A DNA stretch of 63,392 nucleotides, the filler included, from Octopus bimaculoides (taxonomy: Eukaryota): assembly GCF_001194135.2 (NCBI RefSeq). It is 6 parts of 5 records of this genome, joined end to end, with 100 filler letters (N's around TTAATTAATTAA, not from the genome) between each part and the next. Parts side by side here need not be neighbours in the genome. Positions count along the whole stretch, not along the records: positions 44,018 to 60,129 come from NC_068986.1; positions 60,230 to 63,392 come from NC_069001.1; 4 more parts are not named here. One strand, given 5' to 3'. Of this stretch, positions 53,027 through 63,392 are shown in pieces (positions within the stretch are counted from its first letter, which is position 1; each line of letters opens with the position of its first letter). The notes under the pieces are model-generated. The model was given only the letters and a program-made list of their open reading frames with translations, was not told where the DNA came from and made no database searches. The translations under genes were made by a program, and so were the position numbers.

Positions 53027-54199
53027 TGTATACAGATTATCCTAGAATTACAAAGAATACTTGCGTATTGTTGTATTGCTTATTTATTACGATTTTGTGT
53101 TCTCACATCATTCAACGCGTCTTTTGTCTTCAGGTGTTCGAAGCTTTCTTTGGCAGATTTACTAGATTTCTGATAAAATAGAATAAAATATGATAAAAGT
53201 AACAATAGAAACGACAAAATATAAGTATAAAACAAAGTTGTTCAAAATCGAAGAATACATAAAACATGCACAAATTTTGAACAAAATCGTGTTTTCCACT
53301 TTCCTTTCTTTAAATTGCATATATTTATAGATTAGGCATTTATTTTATTTTTATCGATTAAACATGAATAAATCAGAAATCTGCTCTGTATATTTCTCTA
53401 TACTGTCGTAAAAGAAAGTAACTTTTCATAATTCGCAATGAATGCATGTTTTGCATTTTAGTTTTAGGCAAGCATGCACGAATTTTAACATACACGCCTG
53501 TTTTGTCAAGAAACAAAACAGTTTTTTTCGTAGGATAGTTATAATTATATAACAAGCTATTGACGAGAAAAATGACAGAGGCGTCGTCAATTTGGAGAGC
53601 GATTAGCTAAGTTGGTACTTTCAAACGATATAACAAGAAAAACCAACCAAGACGCTCACTCCATCGAGGAGACGCTAACGTTGGAGCCATGTACAGTAGG
53701 ATCAAGATAGACTGATGTGATATCTTTGAATTCTCAAACACTCAAAATAGCTCTACAAGACTGAAATCTCTTCTACTGTAACTCCATTCATAACTATGAT
53801 GCTTCATAAAGAAATCTCGATTTATTTAATATTAGCCATTGTACTATGTTTTTCTCATAGCCCAAGCGTCATTCTAGTTTCAATCATTTGAGATTTTGAA
53901 GCTGATTCACTTCAAATCCTTTGAGATTTCAGTGTTGTCACTCTTGCTTGTCATACTCAGATTTAAACATTGAACATTTTTTTTTATCCCACACTCTTCT
54001 ATATAAAGAGTATCTTGATTGGTTAAAATGTTATTGCTTGCAACATTAGATGCATTAACGTAGACTTTACAAATTAAATACAATAAAACGTTCTCGAATC
54101 TGTATACTATCAAATGACTGGAAGTTGTCAAGTTTTGGAGGAAAGAAGTAAATTTAATAGACAAATTAATTGAGGAATACGAAGACAGAAGAAGCTAGC

Positions 54200-55190
54200 A
54201 TTGTATATCTGATTAGCGGAGAGGAGTCTTTACATTAGAAGCCAAGCAATAACGTAACGAGTATATTTATTTAATGTAGTAAGTTAATAAAAATAAATCA
54301 AACGACAATGAATGTGTGTAATCAAAGCCATGAAGACAGAAATAAGCAAGAGCAAACTTAAAGAGATTAGAGTCCCCATTAAGCAGGTGAGCAAGAAATA
54401 AATACATTTATACTAGGCAGAACATATCAGTTTATGATCAAACCGGAATGTTTTAGAGAATCGATGAACGCAGAAAGAACTTTACGCGTTCAGAAGACAA
54501 TGAGGATTATGCTTTAAAGTTTAGATAAAGTCTTTTCTTCAGAAATCGCATGGAGCTCCGCCACATTGATAAGGTCTTTCTGCATTAACGACTGGTCAGG
54601 TATGTCTATGGGAGATGCCATTATTCTTGAGAGTGTGTATGTATCTGAGTAAACAAACGAGGAAGAAGTTTTGTGTTTTGGAGAGCAAATGAGCTTAGAT
54701 ATGATAAAAATGTAGAGTTTTGTCGCAAGTCAGTAGATCAGTCAATCTTTACGTAGGAGTCACTGAATTTGAGCTTGGATGATCAACATGGATGGGCTGT
54801 AGTCTATACAGATAGCAGGGGTTAAATATCGTACTCTTGTGTATGGGAACATTCGACCTAAGGTGATATATTTTAACTGTCAGTTGCCAACTGCTTGAAC
54901 TTCATTAACAGGGCGTACCACTAATAGCAACAATAAGATTGTCCATTCTCCTTGTTGCTGGAATATTTGTAGCCTCATGTGAAGATAGAGTTGGCAATTG
55001 CGAGTTCCAGGAAAGAAGGAGAGGCCCTGTCAATGACACTCCATTTGATCTTTCAGACGTTGACACGAGGAGTCTCCAGATGAAGCAGGATGGGAAAGGA
55101 ATACACTACACTCTGCAGCCTGCCGCCAAAGGGGCGCCATCATCCTGCCGTCCTCTCCGTGCACGTGGCCCTAAAAAAATAAAAAAGTAA
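54200..55190 (+). mobile_element. Possible highly decayed LINE 3' end (L1/Tx1-like)
   Basis: Non-microsatellite block with broken reading frames ending in an A-rich tail at 55173-55187. Resemblance is only a weak recollection. Confidence 0.3.
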
Positions 55191-55344
55191 CTGGTGTGGT
55201 TTTCACAGCAATAGCTTGATCTGAGTTAAACAATAGAGGCCAAACAGCTATAAGCCATCTTGAATTTGCCTCAAAATCTCTTACTCTTCAACAATATGTG
55301 ATTAGATGGACGTATTCTTTACACCCACGAAACTATATATACAT

Positions 55345-55445
<101 letters not shown>

Positions 55446-55503
55446 AATATATAAAAGGATAAAGAGAGAAATGGTAAAGCTGGAAATATATTTTATGGAT
55501 AGA

Positions 55504-55552
55504 GTCTTACAGCTGTTTCAGGGAAGATCCAATGCATCCCTTCATCGGAGAC
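55504..55552 (-). ncRNA. Minimal type I hammerhead motif, left arm of an 85-bp inverted repeat
   Basis: Minus strand reads gtct-CCGATGA-aggga-tgcattggatct-tccct-GAAAC-AGCT-GTA-agac. U4C core variant. Confidence 0.7.
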
Positions 55553-55671
55553 AGAAATAGTAAAGGAATCGATTATTATATCCATTCTTTTTTCAGCGCA
55601 TCACACTCACTCTCACTTCCTACTATAACTCTCCGCTTATGGATATAATAATCGATTCCTTTACTATTTCT

Positions 55672-55720
55672 GTCTCCGATGAAGGGATGCATTGGATCTT
55701 CCCTGAAACAGCTGTAAGAC
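55672..55720 (+). ncRNA. Minimal type I hammerhead motif, right arm of an 85-bp inverted repeat
   Basis: Same sequence on the plus strand. Core at 55676-55682, GAAA at 55705-55708, predicted cleavage after 55716. Confidence 0.7.
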
Positions 55721-56636
55721 TCTNNNNNNNNNNNNNNNNNNNNNNNNNNNNNNNNNNNNNNNNNNNNNNNNNNNNNNNNNNNNNNNNNNNNNNNNNNNNN
55801 NNNNNNNNNNNNNNNNNNNNNNNNNNNNNNNNNNNNNNNNNNNNNNNNNNNNNNNNNNNNNNNNNNNNNNNNNNNNNNNNNNNNNNNNNNNNNNNNNNNN
55901 NNNNNNNNNNNNNNNNNNNNNNNNNNNNNNNNNNNNNNNNNNNNNNNNNNNNNNNNNNNNNNNNNNNNNNNNNNNNNNNNNNNNNNNNNNNNNNNNNNNN
56001 NNNNNNNNNNNNNNNNNNNNNNNNNNNNNNNNNNNNNNNNNNNNNNNNNNNNNNNNNNNNNNNNNNNNNNNNNNNNNNNNNNNNNNNNNNNNNNNNNNNN
56101 NNNNNNNNNNNNNNNNNNNNNNNNNNNNNNNNNNNNNNNNNNNNNNNNNNNNNNNNNNNNNNNNNNNNNNNNNNNNNNNNNNNNNNNNNNNNNNNNNNNN
56201 NNNNNNNNNNNNNNNNNNNNNNNNNNNNNNNNNNNNNNNNNNNNNNNNNNNNNNNNNNNNNNNNNNNNNNNNNNNNNNNNNNNNNNNNNNNNNNNNNNNN
56301 NNNNNNNNNNNNNNNNNNNNNNNNNNNNNNNNNNNNNNNNNNNNNNNNNNNNNNNNNNNNNNNNNNNNNNNNNNNNNNNNNNNNNNNNNNNNNNNNNNNN
56401 NNNNNNNNNNNNNNNNNNNNNNNNNNNNNNNNNNNNNNNNNNNNNNNNNNNNNNNNNNNNNNNNNNNNNNNNNNNNNNNNNNNNNNNNNNNNNNNNNNNN
56501 NNNNNNNNNNNNNNNNNNNNNNNNNNNNNNNNNNNNNNNNNNNNNNNNNNNNNNNNNNNNNNNNNGATAAAATGAAGAAATTGAAATGTAGACAATAGTT
56601 TATTCAAAGATATTCAAATCAATATATGAAGTTTTT

Positions 56637-56744
56637 ATCCCTACAGCCGTTTTCATAGCCAATTAATTCAATTAGAGGAATTAAATTAAATTAATTTAAA
56701 ATTTTGAATTTGAAACTGGTTAATTGGCTCTTTCATCGGGGGAC
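56637..56744 (-). ncRNA. Decayed minimal type I hammerhead motif
   Basis: Minus strand reads gtccc-CCGATGA-a-agagccaatta..(about 55 nt AT-rich)..taattggctat-GAAAAC-GGCT-GTA-gggat. Five-bp helix I, helix II 10 of 11 bp, with extra A residues. Confidence 0.6.
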
Positions 56745-57134
56745 AATTTGCTAGAAAGGAGTTACATTCCAATGTGTTGGTCGACCCTTGACAGACTCAG
56801 ATGTGTGCATTTTGGTAATGTATGCATTGAAAAAAAAAACCGTTATCAGCATATATATGTTTACATAGTTTGTATTACGCACAGATATAGATGACGCGAT
56901 ACTCTAATATGGTAATTAACAAGCAGTTTTTAATAAGTCATATTTTTTGTTGTCTTTGATATTTTAACAAACGCATGCACAATTGCATGATAAATGCTAC
57001 TGTTCTCTCTTTCCTTTACTCTCTCTATCTCTCTCTATAACACCTAGTTCACCCTAACTGCAACACTACCACAAATAATAACTATTATGTATGTATATAT
57101 ATATATATATATACACACACACATATATATATAT

Positions 57135-57181
<47 letters not shown>

Positions 57182-58119
57182 TGCTTGAAATAGTTGTGCG
57201 CGTGCGTCTGTAATACATAATAGTTGTTATTGGTAGTGGTGTTGCATTTAGGGGGAAATAGGTGTCATAGAGAGAGACAGTGAAAGTGAAAGAGTGAAAA
57301 GAGTAGCATTCATCATGTCATTGTGCGTGCGTTTGTTAAAATATCAGAGACAACGAAAAATATGGCTTTTTAAAAACTGCTTGTTAATTACGACATTAGA
57401 GTATCGAATCATCTATATCTGTGCACAATAGTTATGCTCAATACAAACTATGTTAACAAAGGAAAACGTAAACGTTACCAAATCCAAATGACAAAAAATT
57501 TATATAAAAACCTAAATTACTAACGCTACAACTACTACAGAATAAATACATTTTATTTTAAACTTAGTTTAATGAATTATATTATAAAATATCAACGACA
57601 TATTCATGAGAAACGTGCTTAATTACACTCATAGAAACCACAAATTATACTGCTACCTGTGCAGAAAACCTAATACACATTTTTACTATTTAATAAATAT
57701 TTTTATATGAATATTATATCTACTAAGCACTCTTTAATCCTAATATTTACAGATGCTAGTGTAATAAAATGAGAAATATTGACAAGTTCAAAGTTTTAGT
57801 AGCATTAATATATAATTATTTATAATAGTAATATAACTGATGCCAGTTTTTGGACTCCCACAACCATTCGTGAATACATGAAAAAATCAGTCTCCTTCCT
57901 CGTATTTAAGATGAAAGTTTGATATTTAATATAACATTTAATATTTCTATGATATCTGCTAAGAATTCTTTATTCGTATAGCTATAGATGTTAGTGTATT
58001 AAACATGAAAATACCGACCTATTCAAAGTAGTTTTAACATATAATTAGTTTATTTATGATAATAATATATCTAATGGCAGTTTTTTAAAGCCCATGTACA
58101 TGCGTGAACATATGACAAA

Positions 58120-58930
58120 CCTGTCTCAATCCACGTATTTAAGAGGCACCGCCTAGAATATAGGATTTGGTACAATTCTTCGACGCAGAGAAAGCAAGAG
58201 GAGTTTCCAACCTTATAAGCAGCGGCCTTGCTTACAATCTCCTCCTCCACAGAAAAAAAACTTTTTCTTGTCTTTCAAGTTCCAAATAAATTTACTGAGG
58301 CTGGTACAAGAGGACCTGTTCCTATTATTAAAGGTGTAAATGTGAATAGAGATGCGTTTCATGATAAAATTTTGCGTTGCTCCTATGTAAAAGAAACTCT
58401 TTCCTTCAGATTTCACTTTAAATCTGTAAACAACACATTTTTTGCTTACAATAATTTAAAAATAAACATTTACTTCTAACCTTGCAATCACAAAATATAT
58501 TTTCACACATTTACACACGTTCTATCGTTATAGCGAGTCCAAAGCCCTTTAAACTTCTGTAAAATTTCTTCTTATATAGTTCAAGTTTCCTATTAGATAG
58601 GTTCCTAATTGTAAAAAGGGCATCATCTCTATATAAAACCTCCTGCAAGTTCAGGAAAATCTCTTCCCAAGATAAAAGGAATATAACTACCAACTGTATC
58701 TGTAACTTGGGCAAAATCTGCGGAGCCCATGGCTATATCGAAGCCATCACAACTATTTTTTGTAGTCCAATATTTGTTTTCAAACTCTATAATGGTTCTT
58801 CTGGCAGCCAAAATATCATGAATTTCATTCATGTTTATATTCGATTTTTTTTTCGCAAATAAAAGGGCCTTGTTTAAAATTACTTGGTTAATCGATGAGT
58901 AATAACTATCAATATCTATTTGCATGAATT
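58120..58930 (-). mobile_element. Penelope-like element remnant, RT core joined to GIY-YIG by internal deletion
   Basis: QIDIDSYYSSI..ALLFAKK..FDIAMGSADFAQV, LYRDDAL..GLAITIE, then FYIGAT..TSLSKFIWNLKD. Confidence 0.8.
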
Positions 58931-59007
58931 TATTCCTAGCTTTATATTTAATGCTATTAAACCGCTATTAAACCAATCTAATATCTCATAGGTACTATTT
59001 CAAACAT

Positions 59008-59047
<40 letters not shown>

Positions 59048-59296
59048 CNNNNNNNNNNNNNNNNNNNNNNNNNNNNNNNNNNNNNNNNNNNNNNNNNNNN
59101 NNNNNNNNNNNNNNNNNNNNNNNNNNNNNNNNNNNNNNNNNNNNNNNNNNNNNNNNNNNNNNNNNNNNNNNNNNNNNNNNNNNNNNNNNNNNNNNNNNNN
59201 NNNNNNNNNNNNNNNNNNNNNNNNNNNNNNNNNNNNNNNNNNNNNNNNNNNNNNNNNNNNNNNNNNNNNNNNNNNNNNNNNNNNNNNNNNNNNNNN

Positions 59297-59341
<45 letters not shown>

Positions 59342-59914
59342 ACATACTTAAAAAGTACATAATTATATCTATATATGTAAGCATGTCTGGCTGGGTGTAC
59401 ATGCGAGTGTTTCTTCCTTCCTATCTGTTGTATTTCTGATCGAATAAATATCGAAATCAGTAAAATGAATGAACTTGAGGCAAAAAAGTAATGACAAAAT
59501 CTCATTAGTAGAATCATTTGTCGCTTTTTTTTTATTTATCATTAAACCATTAGTGTAAAAGATTTTTTCTCTATTGTATCTTTAAATTACTATTTGCGTA
59601 TTAATAACACACGAAAAAACTTCCAAGTTTTATTGAGAATACCAATGAGATCTTACAATAAGCAGAGTATAATGGGCATTGTTAACAGACCAATAGTCTT
59701 TCAGTCCTGCAGGAGAGTGCAGATAAGCTTGTGTAAGATATAATATTTTAGAGAACAAAATATTATTTTTTTCTAATTAGTTTCATTCAAGTTTTTGGTT
59801 TCCTTCCATAATTCACACTTCTGACTTACTCTCAGCTCTGTTCTTGATTTGATAATTAAAGAAAAGTTATATGTAACAAGCTGTATTTAGGCATTTACGT
59901 ATATATGTATAGTC

Positions 59915-60120
59915 TCTTTTACTCTTTTATTTGTTTCAGTCATTTGACTGTGGCCATGCTGGAGCGCCGCCTTTAGTCGAGAAAATCGACCCCAGGACTT
60001 ATTCTTTGTAAACCTAGTACTAATTCTACCGGTCCCTTTTGCCGAACCGCGAAGTTACGGGGACGTAAACACACCAGCATCGGTTGTCAAGCGATGGTGG
60101 GGGGACAAACATAGACACAC
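59915..60120 (-). mobile_element. SINE family B, 3' half
   Basis: Closely matches 17448-17660. Confidence 0.75.
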
Positions 60121-60230
60121 ACACACACANNNNNNNNNNNNNNNNNNNNNNNNNNNNNNNNNNNNNNNNNNNNTTAATTAATTAANNNNNNNNNNNNNNN
60201 NNNNNNNNNNNNNNNNNNNNNNNNNNNNNA

Positions 60231-60565
60231 TATCTTGGAAATCCACTGGCCCAATGGTTTCCTTTCATGGCAGAATTAATAGTCAAGACTATTTAAGCAT
60301 TTTATCTGATCAAATTCGTCCTATGGTTGCAGAACTGTTTCCGGAGAGAAACGCAATCTTTCAGGATGATAATGCACCAATTCACACAGCTAAAGTTGTT
60401 ACTGAATGGCACGAGGAACATTCTAGTGAAGTTGAACATCTAATCTGGCTACGACAGTCTCCAGATCTCAATATTATTGAACATTTATGGTGCATTTTAG
60501 AAAAACAAGTAAGGAGTCGATATCCTCCACTATCATCACTAAAAGAACTGGAGACTGTTTTAGCT
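60231..60565 (+). mobile_element. Tc1-like transposase fragment with D-36-E spacing
   Basis: FQDDNAPIH...QSPDLNIIEHLW, with 36 residues between the Asp and Glu. Left side lies in a gap; right side is cut by an RTE tail. Confidence 0.8.
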
Positions 60566-60725
60566 GAAGCACCCACTACACTCTCCCGCGTTAGGAAGGG
60601 CATCCAGCCGTATAAACAGTGCCAGATCAGATTGGGGCCTGGTGCAACCTCCTGGCTTCCCAGACCCCAGTCGAACCACCCAACCCATGTCAGCATGGAA
60701 AACAATGTTAAATGATGATGATGAT
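60566..60725 (+). mobile_element. RTE 3' UTR short copy
   Basis: agcacccactacactctc..ttaggaagggcatccagcc..(gat)n. Confidence 0.75.
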
Positions 60726-61751
60726 ATATATATGAATACATATATATCATATATATACCTGTACACATTCACACATCTCTCTTTCTCTCTCTCCCTACAC
60801 ACACGCACACACATACACAGATGCACACATACATACACTCACACAGGCACACACACATACATNNNNNNNNNNNNNNNNNNNNNNNNNNNNNNNNNNNNNN
60901 NNNNNNNNNNNNNNNNNNNNNNNNNNNNNNNNNNNNNNNNNNNNNNNNNNNNNNNNNNNNNNNNNNNNNNNNNNNNNNNNNNNNNNNNNNNNNNNNNNNN
61001 NNNNNNNNNNNNNNNNNNNNNNNNNNNNNNNNNNNNNNNNNNNNNNNNNNNNNNNNNNNNNNNNNNNNNNNNNNNNNNNNNNNNNNNNNNNNNNNNNNNN
61101 NNNNNNNNNNNNNNNNNNNNNNNNNNNNNNNNNNNNNNNNNNNNNNNNNNNNNNNNNNNNNNNNNNNNNNNNNNNNNNNNNNNNNNNNNNNNNNNNNNNN
61201 NNNNNNNNNNNNNNNNNNNNNNNNNNNNNNNNNNNNNNNNNNNNNNNNNNNNNNNNNNNNNNNNNNNGAAACACACATAAACGCATACAGACATATATAC
61301 ACATACATGTACATACACACTCGTGTATACTGACAAACATATATGCAGTCACGCATACATTGGTTTATGTAAAATATATCTATGTATGCACATATATACA
61401 TACATATGTACACACATGCGTTTATATAGAATATACATATGTATACACATACATGCCTCACATAGTCTGGCCTCAATGTACACACATTCACATATACAGA
61501 CTTGGCATGCACACATGCATGTGCACACGCACACACATACACAGATGCACACATACATACACTCACACAGGCACACACACATACATGTACACACACTCAC
61601 ACATGCACACATGTGCTCACACACACACACACACACGTTTACATAAAAATATACACATAAATACACACAAACACACACATAGGCCTGGAGCATGCACAGA
61701 GTTACACATGCACATACACACAGTTACACACACACACACACACACACACAT

Positions 61752-61921
61752 ATGGCTCAGTCATTAGAGGTTCAAGTTCACAATCATGAGGTAGTGAGTT
61801 CAATTCCCAGACCAAGCTATATGTTGTGTTCTTGAGCAAGACACTTTTTTCACGTTGCTCCAGTTTACTCAGTTGTAGAAATGAAGTGGATTTGGTAGAT
61901 GGAAACTAAAAGAAGCCCATC

Positions 61922-61953
<32 letters not shown>

Positions 61954-62105
61954 ATATGTTTGTCCCACCCCATACAATACTTGACAGCCACTGTTGGTGT
62001 GTTTATGTCCCCATAACTAAGCAGTTTGACAAAAGAAAGTACCAGGTTTAAAACATAAATATTTCTTCAAGGTGGTGCCCCAGCATGGCCACAGACCAAA
62101 ACAAG
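61752..62105 (+). mobile_element. tRNA-headed SINE fragment followed by a SINE B body
   Basis: ggctcagtcattaga..gagttcaattccc (A/B boxes)..gtgttcttgagcaagacac, then gatggaaactaaaagaagccc..gtgccccagcatggcc. Confidence 0.55.
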
Positions 62106-62462
62106 TAAAAACTAAAGCTATTGTTGTGTGAAGGTTGAATCTGATTATCAACCAAATCCATCATGTACTTTTAACAAGACAAGCAGAGTTCTTCTGTCTG
62201 ACGGCCATGGCAGGAGAGGTCGTATGGAAGACAAGGATTAAAAACAGACATGTTCCCCTTCGGTGAACCCCTCAAGGAATTTTTCTTATGTACCCCTTGG
62301 GTGGCTGGGACAAAAATGGTAAGGGTGGATGGACGTACACTAATGGCATGTACCTGTAGATTGGAGGACAACCCCCACCCCCCACACACTCACACAAATT
62401 GTAAACTGTCCTTGTGAAGCCCTCCTCCTCTGATGCCCCTTTGGCAAATAACAGAAATTAGT

Positions 62463-62630
62463 ATCATCATCATCAACATCATCATCATCATCATTATCAT
62501 CATCATTGTCATTGTTGTCTTCATCTTCCTCATCATTCTCATCATTAACATCATGATCATTATCATCATCATCATTATTGTCATTATCGTCTTCATCCTC
62601 CTCCTCCTCATCATCATCATCGTCATCATC
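62463..62630. repeat. Degenerate (CAT)n/(CCT)n trinucleotide tract
   Basis: Read directly; it accounts for the poly-Asp, poly-Met and poly-Ile ORFs in the track. Confidence 0.9.
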
Positions 62631-63102
62631 TTTCCTACATGTATATTTCATTTGTAAAACAGTTTTAGAAAGAACAAACAAACAAACAAATACAAGGGAA
62701 AAAATACGCAGAAAACATTTTTAGAATTTTCAAATTTCCGTGAAATACTTGAAAATTAATTTGTTTTTGATTAAATATATATTTAGAAGTGTGCGTATTT
62801 ATGTGTATGTGTATGTGTATACGTGATAATGCATGGATGTATGTGCGTTTAAATACATATCCATGCATGTATAAATGTGTCTATATATATATGAGTACAT
62901 ATATGCACTCATATACATATATATATGTGTGTGTGTATGTACTCATAGATATGTATATTTTTTACATATATACATATCTACATATATTTATATACTTACA
63001 TCTTAAAAATAAAATAAATATTCATATATTTAAATATATATATATATATGTATATTGTATGTATATATGTTTATGAGTATATATAAGCACATGCATGCAC
63101 AC

Positions 63103-63134
<32 letters not shown>

Positions 63135-63392
63135 CACACACACACACATCCACACATAATCATAGATATTTAGACGTATATATTATTTTTTTTTAATTAA
63201 GTGCTCAAAGTAATGCGTTTGATAATGTCATAATGTTCCTCCATTGTTTTGTCTTTTAAATTTTAGTTTTTCTTTTTGTGGTTCTTGTCCTAGTCTGTTG
63301 TTGTTGTTGTTGTTGTTGGCAGTGGTGATGATGGCGGTGGCGGCGGCGGCGGCGGTGGAGCTGGTAGTGGTGATAGCAGTGATGGTGGTGAT

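Larger units (their letters stand above)
55501..55723. repeat. Perfect 85-bp inverted repeat with a 53-bp spacer
   Basis: 55501-55585 is the exact reverse complement of 55639-55723. Confidence 0.9.

Noticed and set aside
53199-53212. X-box-like GTAACAATAGAAAC about 175 bp upstream of the ANKUB1 ATG
   Set aside because: Imperfect match in very AT-rich DNA with unknown TSS; similar matches occur elsewhere in the window.
60254-60715. 153-aa ORF fusing a Tc1 catalytic domain to a new C-terminus
   Set aside because: The tail is read-through into an inserted RTE 3' UTR and the start is next to a gap. No evidence of a domesticated gene.
60795-61590. Duplicated CA-rich blocks flanking or next to gaps (also 22230-22490)
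   Set aside because: Low-complexity sequence at contig ends; overlap artefact or minisatellite cannot be told apart.
62340-62681. Acidic poly-Asp/Glu ORF
   Set aside because: Translation of a degenerate (GAT)n microsatellite.

Overview
AT-rich eukaryotic genomic DNA, very rich in microsatellites, with many N-gaps. Five gaps carry an artificial TTAATTAATTAA linker. The repeat content (tRNA-derived SINEs, RTE LINEs, dense (TA)n/(CA)n/(CAT)n) suggests a cephalopod, probably Octopus, draft scaffold; this is an inference. Only two host genes are supportable, both single-exon ORFs pointing towards each other: a secreted, probably GPI-anchored folate-receptor-fold protein (40143-40757, +) and an ANKUB1-like ubiquitin/ankyrin protein (51140-53026, -). 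The rest is a transposon graveyard: RTE and RTE-BovB LINEs, an L1/Tx1-like remnant, four Penelope-like (PLE) fragments, a Gypsy remnant, two solo LTRs, several Tc1/mariner lineages (DD37D, DD36E, mariner, pogo), Merlin, hAT and SINEs. The main signal not shown by the ORF track is a dispersed set of minimal type I hammerhead-ribozyme motifs at about 4.9, 16.5, 55.5/55.7 and 56.7 kb, with a weaker one at 18.9 kb. Each has a self-complementary helix III (ACTCGAGT, ACAGCTGT or ACGGCTGT) and a variable, sometimes very long, loop II. Several sit inside inverted or direct repeat structures. Other notable structures are an alternating inverted triplication at 30.05-30.69 kb, a foldback Tc1/mariner derivative, a Merlin-in-mariner nest with an adjacent deletion, and a 5'-inverted RTE copy. 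Motifs were read by eye; none has been tested by folding, database search or experiment. Most short ORFs in the track are microsatellite or gap artefacts.
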